Both the position numbers and the translations under genes were made by a program. A stretch of DNA of 63,806 nucleotides, counting the filler, from Hausera hauseri (lineage: Eukaryota), in the NCBI GenBank assembly GCA_046269625.1. It is 11 parts of 11 records of this genome, joined end to end, with 100 filler letters (N's around TTAATTAATTAA, not from the genome) between each part and the next. Parts side by side here need not be neighbours in the genome. Positions count along the whole stretch, not along the records: positions 31,630 to 40,047 come from JBJURY010648774.1; positions 40,148 to 44,913 come from JBJURY010444133.1; positions 45,014 to 50,309 come from JBJURY010287058.1; 8 more parts are not named here. The stretch is one strand, 5' to 3'. Below the pieces are notes generated by a model. The model had not been told where the DNA came from and ran no database searches. It saw only the letters and a program-made list of their open reading frames with translations. Shown here piece after piece: positions 37,089 to 49,124 of the stretch. The stretch's first letter is position 1. Each line of letters begins with the position of its first letter.

Positions 37089-39816
37089 TGGACGTTCTAT
37101 ATAGATATTATACAACATTTCAAGTTTAACTAAACATATATCGTCCTTTGCTCCATAGAATAGATCGGTGTTTATTGTATGATGCGAATGTTCGTCGATA
37201 AAATTTTTACTGGGCTCATTTTCCTCAATCTCTATTTTATTGATTATTTTAACCCTCATTATCCCCTTCCTTTTTTCAACACCTTCTATTTTCGATGTTG
37301 ATCTATTCGGATGGACACATACCATCGCCTGGAGGAAGGATCTATTTTCCGTCATACTTACCAACTCGACCACTATAACCCCATTCAATTCGCTCATAAG
37401 ACACCTTCTGTTCCACATCAAATTTTTTTTCATTTTCACTGTTAGCAAAACCCCAGACTTCATTTATGAATTCTCTATACCCATTTACCTTCCAATTTAA
37501 TTTAATCACTACAAAACTCCATTCATATATCTCTTTATTTCTACTTGAAAAGTATCGTACTAAACAACCATCCGAACAAATTTTCATCACAAAGTTAAAT
37601 GCGTTGTCTGTAAAACAGATCCTCCTTTTCGCTGAATTATCGCATACATATATGTTCATTTTGAGATTACACGTATCCATTCTCGATCTAAACATCTTTA
37701 AATGTAGTTCAGAGCTTTCTAAGTTCAATTTATCAGTCCTTCTAAACCCCCAGGTTCCCTTATTCAATATATACCCATATGAAAATATCAAATTTATTTT
37801 TCCAAGCATACTCGACCATTGTTATCGCGGTGTCTCTCCGCGGGGGAATGATTCCACCGTTAAATATGGATCTTGACACAAACTTACTGAGTTTGGCAAT
37901 CATACAACCCCCTTTGACTTTCGTCGCAGCAAAAGGGAGGCGATAATCACAAACCATAATATTGATATAGCAATTCATCACACAATTTACAAACTTCATT
38001 TCCTCCTGTTTTGTGTTGGATACTTTCAATAATAAGAGTACTGTTTTGTAAGTGCTGGTATGAACAGAGTTGAATGGGTTTGAATCTGAACCATTTTTAT
38101 CTCCAGCATTATTTGACATGTCGGTATTAGTAAGCATAATCCTCATAATTTGATACTTTGTTATTATGACTTGATCTCTTCCCTTAATGTACTTAATTCC
38201 TGAGGAACATCTGAACAAATTAGATAATTCATGGAATTTCATAATTTTTATAATAAAATAATTAAAACTATACCGGTATGTTTTATTCATATTTTCTTCT
38301 ACTATATCAAAGTATGCATATGTATCAACTTGAAAATAATGTTGCATTTGTGGTTTGGAATACGTCATTTGGGACATATTTTGTCTATGATTCTTTGCAA
38401 CCAATTTTCTGCCCTTATCACTTGCTTTTCCCAGTGAGGTTGTATATGCGCAATATACGCCTGAAACTACATTCATTTTAATCTGAATTTTCCAACAATT
38501 CATAATATTCTCACAGGGATTGACCGTTGTCGTTTTCTATCAGTTCAGGAATTTTTGAACGACATGAATTTCAATTCATAAATTTTGATTTTAATTTAAT
38601 TGTCAATTTATTTTGTCAATTCCTTAACTATAGTGAGATCAATGTCACCATAGTATATTATTTTTTATATATTATATATGACATATATATATCTTTATAT
38701 ACATATATTATGCTGACTAAATTTAATTTTGAAGTAAAACTTCCTCCTTTGCATCCTGGATGGCACTTTTTCTGATGTGAGAATAAAGTAGTGAAATAAT
38801 CACTCGAACATCCAGCTACATTTGTCATCTCTTTCATGACTAACGCACTTGTCATAGTTCTAGTTAAATCTATCAGTACAAATTTGACACATTGGATGAC
38901 AAGGCAGACCTATTGATCTAACATGTGTCATTTGAGAAAGGTTTTATCACTCAACCAAATTTTAATAAGCAACATATCTTCTGAAGTTTAATTTTAATAT
39001 GGGGAGACATTTTAATGAACCTTTTTGAATATTTGAATCAATGATCATTTTGTAAAATCCGTTTGGGCAAATTCTTTGTGTTCCATGCACGATAGTACGG
39101 GATGTTCCATGCCTTCGTCATTTTTAAATACATTTGTGGTTGCTGTTTTTAATACATATCTCGTCATTCTAAATACAACTGCGGTTTGCTGTTTCCGTCA
39201 TTTTCGTCACCTATTTCTCGTCATTTTGAACAAAATTGTGGTTTATTGTTTAGCATCTTTTGCTATTTCGATACAATCTCAACACTCTGTATACAATTAC
39301 AGTTTGCTGTCTTTATACATCCGCTTCTGTTAGTAAAACAATCATTATCACTGTTTAGAATAATATCAGGTTCTTTGGTGCTACGATAACTTTCGATAAT
39401 AGCATTAACTTCGACCAATTCGTCTTGATCGCTTGCGCTATGGAAGCCATGAAAAGTATTTCTTTTAAGATCCTTAATTGTTCCTTAGGTATCATGTCAC
39501 CGTCATCATCCCCTCGTCCCCACGAACGTCGCCAGGAGTTGTTACATGCACATTTATTTTAGCACCTTTCATTTTTATATCACACATAATCATTCAACAA
39601 GTCCAACTCTCAATCCAATTTTGATACAGCTCTCATACACAATACAATCATAGTATTAGCCATTATACATTTCACTCAGTCAACATGTGAACACTCTTAT
39701 ATACATTTATACACACATACACACATACTTATATATATACATTTATATTTATATTATATACAGTTTTATCCACCCGATATCCCCCTTAAACGTCTTGATA
39801 CTGACTGGATTGCCCA
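37089..39816 (-). mobile_element. 2.7-kb insertion in polB containing one LTR-like unit (39540-39779) between a PPT (39780-39787) and a PBS-like TGGCGACG (39527-39534), plus unidentified ORFs
   Basis: Flanked by the direct repeat CAGTAACT (alternatively TG...CA with TSD GTAAC at 37084 and 39817). The polB sequence resumes after it. Confidence 0.65.
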
Positions 39817-39914
39817 GTAACTCTGCATAAAAAAGTCTAGATTGGATGGACGACAAGAGGCAGATCCTGAGCGATGGAATCCACACACTACCTCATGGAC
39901 ATGTGGCCTTGTAA
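39817..39914 (+). pseudogene. polB: C-terminus of Polinton polB, resumed after the insertion
   Basis: LDWMDDKRQILSDGIHTLPHGH* is the typical DDKR...TLPxGH end; AATAAA at 39934. Confidence 0.88.
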
Positions 39915-40259
39915 ATATTGGTATTCATTGTTTAATAAATGTTGTATAGAAATATCCTGTTGTCTTCTTTATCAAGTAATGTGGGATATAGGATAAGGCC
40001 AAGTAAAACTAAGTAACTACTATATAGGTTAAGACCAACTAATTTCANNNNNNNNNNNNNNNNNNNNNNNNNNNNNNNNNNNNNNNNNNNNTTAATTAAT
40101 TAANNNNNNNNNNNNNNNNNNNNNNNNNNNNNNNNNNNNNNNNNNNNTAATAGATTTGCACCATCACACAGAACCAATAAAACAAAAAAGGGTAACCATC
40201 TACCCTTCAAACAGGCCATTAAAAACGACCTGCTATCATTCTAACTTTCTTTTTATAAT

Positions 40260-42323
40260 ATGAATTCTTTGGATACTCCAACTTATATTCAAGAAGCTCA
40301 AGAAACAGACTTTAATCCCGATTTAGATAAGCCCAGTAAGGACTCAGATTCCGATGATTCTACTAAAACGGTAGTCCCTAATCCTAAAAGAAGCATTATA
40401 CTACCACAATAACTCTCTAACAATTCGAATTTCACGATGTCATTCACATTTCAAAATTTAATATCGGGATGTGTTATACAACGAGGAATCCTTACTTATT
40501 CACATCCAAATCAAACCTCCAGAACGAAAATTCAACCAAAATCAATAGTAGAAATTGGAAGGAAAGGATTTAGCCTTGAAGATCTACCAGCAACAAAAAA
40601 ATCAAAAATGCAAATCCAATTACGGGAGAATCTAAAGGAAACGGAAGAATACAGACTTGAGAATGGACCTTTAAGCGAGTTATACCATAAAAAATTTATT
40701 ATGGTCTACAATCCCAGGAGAAACTTGTACCCATCTAAATTTTACTCTCAAATGGTGGAGTTAATGTACGTCTCTACAGAGCATTTATATCCCGAGTGCA
40801 AATATCTCGAAAATGGTCTAAAAATTACAATAATTAACGACAGAACGTTCCGAATTTTAAAAATATAGCAACCCATGTAAAATCAATCTAACAAATTTAT
40901 TTTAAATGGATTCTTTTACAGATCAAATTCTATTACATTTAGCTCGAGAAAAATTCAAATTCCAACAAAAGCTGACTAATACGAATCATAAAATGAAAAA
41001 TAAAGTATAATATCGTCCAAAAATACTGTTAAAATTAATCTGGAGCACTCTCAACATCACTTTATTTTCGAATACTCGAAGTACCAGTTATAATTGGAAT
41101 TGAATCCTGTGAACTGATGGATCTAAATACGGGTTACCAACAACCCATCTTCTATCAACAACCAGTTGAAAATATCTGTAATTACAAATTAACTACCGCT
41201 TTTAATTACAGGTACCTCTCCGTCTCTAGCATAAGCTACAAACGGAGATTGTGTACCGGTGGAAGTTATGGTAGCAGATGAGAAACAACTCGTCACATTT
41301 CAGTCATATATCAACCCACGAAGAAGAATTGGAAACAAACGAACACATACACGGATTCACCAACCAAATAATTCAGCAAGCTCCAGATTAGGAAGAAGTC
41401 CGGATAGAATTAATACGATACCTATATGGATACATCATCATCAGTGTTAATACTGCTGTCATTTTACAAGCACTACGGATACCAAGAAGTTTTATATTCG
41501 GAATCCTTGATCTCTTGTCGACAAAAAATTCAAAACAGAGATTTGTTGAAAATAATCTAAAATGTAATCTAACATAGTTAACAACAGTGTACGGTTTTCA
41601 GTATGAATTTCCAAAAACCGCAGAGACGATACTTCAAACTTTAACTGAAATTTATAATCGTGTAGAAAAAGTATGCTCAAATGAATAATGGGAGTTCGAT
41701 TGGTTACCTCCCAATAACAACCTAATCGATTACGGAGCATTAATAAGGATAGATGAAAAATATCATGTTGATTATAAATTTGACGAATCTCAAAGACAGC
41801 TCACTGCAATTGAAAGAATGGAAGAAAATACAATCAGTCTACACAAAAAGTAGACCAAAAGCAAATAGAAATTGTATTAGAATTATTCATTTTACTTTAT
41901 GGAAAATACTGTCAAAATATTAATGTACGATACCTACCAAAAGCAGTCTCATCAAATACCAAAAATCGGTTGATATTCCCGCAACCTAACTTTGGAAAAG
42001 TAATAGGTTTTGTGTATAAACATGTAAAGCACAACACTCTACATCTCGCAGTTATTGGTGCAGACTTACAAAAGATCAAACAACTCGACCACAAAACGAT
42101 CGAGATATGCCAACCAATCTCTATGCAATTGGATACAAATCCTATCCCTAAACAAAGGGGTAGAAAACCGCTGATTCTCAAAAATACTAATAAGTCCAAG
42201 ATCAGGATGATCTTATTTGCCAACAAAGACAAATTCATCCTTGAAAATTTATACAAAAGGGCCCTCTCAGTACAGTCCGAAGAAGAAATACTACAAACAA
42301 TCAATCTGACGATTCAAATTTGA
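40260..42323 (+). pseudogene. Decayed A-rich ORF cluster including a DEDDh (REX4/ISG20-like) exonuclease-like segment at ~41200-41500
   Basis: VEVMVADEKQLVTFQSYINPRRRI..T/HIHGFTNQIIQQAPD*EEVRIELIRYLYGYIII resembles the DEDDh pattern Y..P...I...T..HGIT...L..AP...EV...L...L.G.I. The first catalytic DxE is not evident. Confidence 0.45.
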
Positions 42324-42596
42324 TTTGACATTTTTTCATCTTCTTTGTGCTCGATAGACATTTTTGTAAATACTAACATTTTGTTATATCTCTATCACTT
42401 ATTTGTATGTCTTTTGTACCTTGTTATTTTTTTGCTATTTAATTTACATGTGACGCATTGTAGAATCATTTTTTGTGTTAATATCTAAAAAATTATTTCA
42501 AATTACTTGACTGAATCCTCTAATGTTGAAAATAATCAAGTGCCATATTCTGATAATCATGAATCGGTATGAATAATGCTATTTTATTATTTTTAG

Positions 42597-43786
42597 TATC
42601 GACAGAATTTTACTATTGCCAATTCCGACCCCGATGCCAATATTTTATTCGCCGTACCGAAAGATTCCACCAGTCTTATGCAAAGTCGGTTTCCCAGTAA
42701 CATTTATGAACTTTGTGATCCGCCTGGTAGTACTACGTTTAGACATTTTTGTTCTGTTTTGCCAATAAATGTGGATTTCAATCCATTGATGTATGTAAAT
42801 TCAATTTATAATTTGTTGTTGTAGAGTTTTTTACGGTGTCTGGAGGAAATATCGCCTTGTTTTCGGCACCTTTATCTTTTGTTCCATGTGCGTAACACCA
42901 TGAGATTGAGTCGCTTTCGATCTTTATTTGCCTTTGAATATGTGATACCTTTTAGAGCTGATGTTTTTGCCGTCTACAAGTATCGCTACAAAGATACTTT
43001 GATGGTGCCTTTGTCTGTCAAATTGGCGATCCTCCTATTAATATCTTTAAGGATAATAGTTCTCGAAAAGCTTTATATCGCCTTTTTGATGATACAACCT
43101 CTGTTAATGAGGCAATGCAAGTCATGAAAGATGGCGATCGTGCCGAGTATGTCACGCGTCATCGTCAGTTAACTAATTATGTGAAGTCTAAACTTCGCTC
43201 TCATATTGTTAACACCGAATTTCGATTTATCTTGCCAGCTATTTTATTTCGGTCATCTGAGGGAGTAAATTCATCCTTATTGTTTGGTTCCTATAATATT
43301 GGCAAAATGGCCTATACACTCTCCCACGGACGTAACCCATTGGTTCTTCATAGTATGCACGATACTCCTAGTGAGTGGTGCGATATTTATGATCTCATAG
43401 TTTTTGATGACGTAGGTTTCTCAGATGTTACGCCTGTTTTTTAGCAATTGTTCAGGCTAATCATGCTTATGATAACCGGAGTATTCGCGGTTTATGTAAG
43501 TCTGTTGTTATTCCGTCGAGTATTCCGGTTATTTTCACTTATAATTCACAGAGTGAGTTTTTGATCTCGTCGGATGGAAGCTGTTCAACGTGAAGCCTGC
43601 TTCAAGCGGTCTTTGTTGTACGATTTAGGTGACTTTATGTTGTACGCTTCTGATCGGCCTCGTAATGAGTTTTTATTGTCTAAACGCGTTGATTTTGTTA
43701 AGGGAGACGCAGATTGTGCGTTTAGTGATACTTATTTTCCCGTTGGTATGCCTTTGAATATTCCTGTTAGTGGTTCGTCGGAGTAA
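42597..43786 (+). pseudogene. rep: Endogenous CRESS-DNA-virus-like Rep (HUH endonuclease + SF3 helicase), degenerate
   Basis: Motif I-like RHFCSVL (42741), motif II HLY (42867), motif III YRYKD (42981), Walker A GSYNIGK (43286), Walker B IVFDD (43397), motif C IPVIFTYN (43522); correct order and spacing. Confidence 0.75.
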
Positions 43787-44127
43787 ACTGTTGACCGGCA
43801 GTCGTTGATGTAGTTTATGGTTTGCCTGAGTATTTAGAACATTTCCTACTTATTCTCGTCCTCCTCCGAACCATGAAGTGTTAAGCCCCTATCATGTGTG
43901 ACCTTGTTAGGTGTGGTCAGATTGATTATATTGTTCCGCCAGAAGGTGGTGTTTCTTACTATCATTCTATACCTAATGTTGGTGTAAACGATTTATATCA
44001 GGAGTTTGGTGTGGACCAGCATGTTATTTTGTAATGTTTTTGTACTTTTGTTGTATGTGTTAATCAAACGTTACTATATTTAGTTGCTCAATATTGTTGT
44101 AAATGTTGTTAAATAAAATTATATATA

Positions 44128-44694
44128 GTGTTTTCGTTTGTTATTTATTTTTCATTATTTTTTCTAAGTTTAATGTCTTTTATGAAGTCGAAAACAGGTG
44201 AAAGTTTACTATCGGATTTATTGAAGTTAGATTATATGTTGGATGCTATTGGTGAACATTTATCTAATATGTCTGCTCGATTTAATATGCCACCCGAAGA
44301 AGTCGATTCATTTCAACATGTTAATTTATTGCACCAGGATTTGACGTTGTTATCTTTTCGGTTGTTATATATCTACGATCGTATCGCTAGAAAATATCAA
44401 ATTGAAGATTCGTCATTTTTATCAGCTCAGACAGTTGGTATATTAGATGCAGATCCTGTTCGTGTTTCGCATACTCCTCGCGATACTATACGCATTTGTG
44501 ATGATTTATATCGTCGAATTATGAATGCTACAGATCATTTATTTGCTACGTATGATTGGGGAAATAATTGTACTTTGTCTCATGAGGCCTGGAATTCTAA
44601 ACCGAAAGGTTTGTTGAAATTATGGCTAGATGAGTTAACTCGTTACAGGAAAATGGTTAAAACCCTAATATTTTGGCTTATTGTGTTTTCTTGA
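44128..44694 (+). CDS. Orphan, probably helical protein downstream of Rep (likely ATG at 44173)
   Basis: Uninterrupted 188-codon ORF with the same T-rich codon bias as Rep; AATAAA at ~44798. Confidence 0.5.
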   Translation: MFSFVIYFSLFFLSLMSFMKSKTGESLLSDLLKLDYMLDAIGEHLSNMSARFNMPPEEVDSFQHVNLLHQDLTLLSFRLLYIYDRIARKYQIEDSSFLSAQTVGILDADPVRVSHTPRDTIRICDDLYRRIMNATDHLFATYDWGNNCTLSHEAWNSKPKGLLKLWLDELTRYRKMVKTLIFWLIVFS

Positions 44695-45013
44695 TATTTT
44701 GTCGACTTAATTAATATCCATCTAGTATTTGGCTAATTGTGTTTTCATTTCATTTTTGCTTAATGCAAATATATAGGAATTATTTTTGATTAATGTAAAT
44801 AAATATTTTATTGTGTAATTTATGAAAGTAGCTTGAGTTTATGAGTGAAAAGTCATTTCACATAGTACACTAGCATATAGTGCAGTGATTAATGGACACT
44901 GTCTGCTGTCTTCNNNNNNNNNNNNNNNNNNNNNNNNNNNNNNNNNNNNNNNNNNNNTTAATTAATTAANNNNNNNNNNNNNNNNNNNNNNNNNNNNNNN
45001 NNNNNNNNNNNNN

Positions 45014-45105
45014 ATATCTCATCTTTGGTCTCCCTCTTGGCCTTGTTCCCTCTGACAATTCACCTTGTAAGATCTGTCTGGGAATGCGGCATTCACTCAT
45101 TCTTT
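45014..45105 (-). mobile_element. RTE-clade LINE C-terminal fragment
   Basis: RMSECRIPRQILQGELSEGTRPRGRPKMRY is typical of the RTE ORF end. Confidence 0.65.
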
Positions 45106-46053
45106 CACTCATGTGTACTTTTAAACATATGATTAATATATATGTGCCAGCAAATCTGCTCTCTTCATTAATTTTGTTCTGAAGTTTTTTTTGTGAAGTT
45201 TGAGATCTTAACACTGAACTGTTAAGACATTTTTTATGCCACTGTTGTCCATCTCATGATTGATCTTCGTCCTAATCAGGGTTACAAGAGAACATTGTGG
45301 CCACCTCTGCTGCTAACAGACAAAATGATAAAGGATCTGCAGCTAATTACCAGCAAAATAGAAAGATGCAGTATCATCTCTAATGGAAAATAGGAGATTA
45401 AAGACACTGATGTACAGACAGCACCCATAATGTAAAGAGAAAGACCTCAGCTGAAATTGGACTTTTCAGACTCTGCACAGGCAAATTGCAGGTTGTCTAA
45501 AATGAAGAGATTTTCTTTTTATCTGGGCTTTAGTTTAAATTTTCTAGAATTGACCAACATGCTGAGATTCCTATTATATTTCTTACTTCAGCCTTTGTTA
45601 TGTGATCTCATTCTTGAAATTTGAATGATTATTCAGAAACATCTAATTACAGCAGCGTATCATGCGGAGATGAACAATACAGTATTTCTTGTTTTAAGTT
45701 TTCCGCAGACTTGAGTTGTGTGTTAACAATGAGAATGGGCATACTTTGTATTAAATGTAATTATTGCTATGGGCAAATATTTCATTCACAAGTGCCGTTT
45801 CTTTAAAACAAAACCATCTTTCACCACCTTTCACAAGGAACTCTGCCACCTCTTCTCATCTATGAAGTTCATGGACAAACAACAAGCTGTGGAGTTGTTT
45901 CATATGATAAACAATCTGAAACTAATGGAAAACCCCTAGTTATTTTTATTATATTTTATTCTTATTTTATTCTTGTATTATTATTATTATTGTTATTATT
46001 ATCATTATTATTATTATTGTTAACATTTCTGGTAATCCTACCATTCTTGTTGA

Positions 46054-48996
46054 ATGATGAACTCTGATTGTGCATGGGATAGCTCTTTTGATATTGTTTC
46101 TACCACTGATTCTACTTATATTTTCCCGGATACATTAGAGCAAAAGCTTCTTGACCCTAAGAAATTTTCTATATTCCATCTCAACATTAGGAGTTTGCAT
46201 CAGCATTATGACACTTTCATAGATTATCTTGCTTTTCAAAAGATACAGTTTGATTGCATTGTTTTAAGTGAAACTTTCCTGAATGAGTTCAATGAAGGAA
46301 ATTACCCAATTCCCGGATACACAGGAACACATATATATCGATTAAACAAACGTGGAGGTGGTGTGAGTATTTACGTACGAAATGAGTTATGCAGGGATTC
46401 CAAGCTTGTTTTCTCACTAATCAATGATAACATTGAAACGCTGGCATTATCGATAAATGTTGGTGACCTAAAACTCACAGTTGTTGGTATATATAGACCA
46501 CCTAACTCATCTCGAGTTGAATTCTTAGCCACTCTTGAACCACTAATTAGAGCTCACCTAAATGACACTAAAGCAGTTCTTGCAGGTGATTTTAATATTA
46601 ATGTCTCCAACTCTATCCCTTCAGCTGGCATCAACAACTTCATTAACTTGATGGTGTCTTATGGATTCATAAACTACATAACTCTGCCCACGAGAGTAAA
46701 TAGTAATAGCACTTCAGGCACGCTTCTGGATCACGTCTGGGGAAATTTACCCTTTGATGTAAGGTCCTACGTGATTAAAACTGACATTTCTGATCACTTC
46801 CCTTGTTTAATCAACTTTCCTATTAGACGTGGGCGTCAAGGTCAAGGTCGAGAACAATCCACTTTTAATTATAGATTGGAGAATGATATTAGTAGAGTAT
46901 CTTTTATTAGCAATATCCGTGCAGTTAATTTCTCGTTCGTGTTCAGTGACGCATTATCCATCAATAATAAATTTGAAGTCTTCATAAATTCTTTAAATGA
47001 AGCTTATGATAAATCATTCCCTATTAAAACTAAAAGAATATCCTCAAAAAGAATTCTAAACCCATGGTTAACATCTGGTCTGATTAGTTCAATAAAGCAA
47101 AAGCATGCTCTTTATCGCAATTTTAAGAGAGGAATAATACCGTTTCATCTCTACAATAACTATGACAAAAAGTTAAAAGGAGTTTTAAAGAAAGCCAAAA
47201 GAATGTATTTCAATGAAAAATTTAATGTAACTTTGAATGATCCAAAAGCAACTTGGAATATAATTAGCAAGTTAATAAATAATAAAAAAGCTTCAATCCC
47301 TCTCAATGAACTGAATATCTCTGGAGAAAAGTCAAATGACCAAAAAATAATTGCTGATGCACTGAATCATTACTTTGTAAATCTGGGTAATGAAACTCTG
47401 AAAAATAAACCTGAGAGTCGCTTAAACTTTGAGTCATTCATGTCACCATGCAGGTCTCTTTTTACTTTTAAAAACATAACTGCCTGGGATGTTAATAATG
47501 TCATATCAGGTCTAGTTAATAAGAAGTGCGATTTGTTGAGTATCCCAAATCACTTATACAAACTAATTGCTGACATTATAGCAGCCCCGCTCAGTCACTT
47601 GTTCAATGAATCCTTTCTCTCTGGCATATTTCCTAGTGTCTTAAAAACCTCTCGTGTAACCCCCATCTTCAAAAAAGGTGATCAATCTCTCCCACAAAAC
47701 TATAGACCAATTTCAATAACTCACACAATCAGTAAAATATTTGAAAAAGTCATACATAACCAATTAAACTTCTACTTCAGTTCAAATGATTTACTCAATG
47801 ATCTTCAATTTGGATTTACTAAAGATAGGTCAACAACGGATGCTCTCATTTGTCTAACGGAAAAAATCTATGGGAATCTTGAGAACAGAGACTCCTCAGC
47901 GTTGCTACTACTCGACTTCAGTAAAGCTTTTGATACAGTTGATCATGAAATTCTAATTAAAAAAATGAATTTAATGGGGATAGTCGGGTCTGACCTACAG
48001 TGGTTTCAAAGCTACCTTAAAGACAGAAAACAGTTTGTTAAAATTAGGGATACTTCTTCGAATCTACTTCAAATAACAACAGGTGTTCCTCAGGGTTCAA
48101 TCTTAGGTCCTTTGCTCTTTACGTTGTATACCAATGATTTTTCTAACTCTCATTCTTCTTTTTCGGTTTCTTTTGCTGATGATATATCAATATTGTTGAA
48201 TGACAAAAGTCCTGATAATCTTGCATTAAAAATTGAAAGCACGTTAACAAGAATCATGAGGTGGGTTGATGCTAACAAGTTGTCATTAAATTTACTTAAA
48301 ACATCTTACATTATATTTAGCAATAAGAAGGTTAACTTTAGCTTGAACGTCCAGATAAATGATAACCCTATCGAGAGAGTTCACAGTGCTAAAATACTGG
48401 GCGTCATATTGGATGAAAACTTAAATTTCAAAGATCACATCAATCAATTACTAAACAAACTAGCTAGGGGTATGTATATACTTGTGAAACTATCCAGAAG
48501 TGTTCCTCTACGAATCTTGAGGAAAATATACTTTGCCTATTTTCACACACACATCCTATATTGTCTCCCCGTCTATGGTGTTACTAACATGTCTAATTTA
48601 CGTCCAATTGTCGTTATGCAAAAGAAATTCGTACGTCTATTAGGTGGGTCTAGAAATTTTTATTGCCATACCAAACCTTTATTCAAAAAATTGAAAATAT
48701 TACAATTTTCGGATCTTGTTAATTTATCACTGCTCAAAGTAATGCATAAAATAATCAACAAGAAAACATGTACATTTCTTATGGAAAATTTTCAGCGACA
48801 TCAAACTCACAGACGAGAAAACCTTAGAAATAATTCTCTTATTAGCATCCCATACTATAGACTTACAAAAGCAAGGCAAAGTGCCATCTACATGTCTTCT
48901 AAATTATTTAACAAGCTACCTCAGGATATTAAAAATGAAACTTCTATTTCCTCGTTCTCAGGAAAAGTAAAAAAAATGGCATTTAGTTCCTATTAA
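46054..48996 (+). CDS. Intact non-LTR retrotransposon ORF2 (APE + RT), CR1/L2/Daphne-like group
   Basis: 980 aa. HLNIRSL, LSET, GGGVSIY, YRPP, GDFN and SDH (APE); NYRPIS, QFGF, DFSKAFD, GVPQGSILGP and FADD (RT). Confidence 0.96.
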   Translation: MMNSDCAWDSSFDIVSTTDSTYIFPDTLEQKLLDPKKFSIFHLNIRSLHQHYDTFIDYLAFQKIQFDCIVLSETFLNEFNEGNYPIPGYTGTHIYRLNKRGGGVSIYVRNELCRDSKLVFSLINDNIETLALSINVGDLKLTVVGIYRPPNSSRVEFLATLEPLIRAHLNDTKAVLAGDFNINVSNSIPSAGINNFINLMVSYGFINYITLPTRVNSNSTSGTLLDHVWGNLPFDVRSYVIKTDISDHFPCLINFPIRRGRQGQGREQSTFNYRLENDISRVSFISNIRAVNFSFVFSDALSINNKFEVFINSLNEAYDKSFPIKTKRISSKRILNPWLTSGLISSIKQKHALYRNFKRGIIPFHLYNNYDKKLKGVLKKAKRMYFNEKFNVTLNDPKATWNIISKLINNKKASIPLNELNISGEKSNDQKIIADALNHYFVNLGNETLKNKPESRLNFESFMSPCRSLFTFKNITAWDVNNVISGLVNKKCDLLSIPNHLYKLIADIIAAPLSHLFNESFLSGIFPSVLKTSRVTPIFKKGDQSLPQNYRPISITHTISKIFEKVIHNQLNFYFSSNDLLNDLQFGFTKDRSTTDALICLTEKIYGNLENRDSSALLLLDFSKAFDTVDHEILIKKMNLMGIVGSDLQWFQSYLKDRKQFVKIRDTSSNLLQITTGVPQGSILGPLLFTLYTNDFSNSHSSFSVSFADDISILLNDKSPDNLALKIESTLTRIMRWVDANKLSLNLLKTSYIIFSNKKVNFSLNVQINDNPIERVHSAKILGVILDENLNFKDHINQLLNKLARGMYILVKLSRSVPLRILRKIYFAYFHTHILYCLPVYGVTNMSNLRPIVVMQKKFVRLLGGSRNFYCHTKPLFKKLKILQFSDLVNLSLLKVMHKIINKKTCTFLMENFQRHQTHRRENLRNNSLISIPYYRLTKARQSAIYMSSKLFNKLPQDIKNETSISSFSGKVKKMAFSSY

Positions 48997-49124
48997 ACAT
49001 ATTGTTATTATCTATATGTGTTCAAAATTATTCAATACGCTATCTCAGAATATTAAAATGAAATTTCTTTTTCACTTTTTCAGGTCAGCTAAACAATGGT
49101 ATTCGGTTCCTATTAAGCATATGG

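Noticed and set aside
42728-42736. TAGTACTAC as a CRESS nonanucleotide origin
   Set aside because: One mismatch to TAGTATTAC, but inside the Rep frame and without a flanking stem.
44966-45214. ORFs running into N-linkers (also 16424, 16014-16431) or across the 10-N gap (5156)
   Set aside because: Their ends are defined by synthetic linker stops or Ns, not biology.
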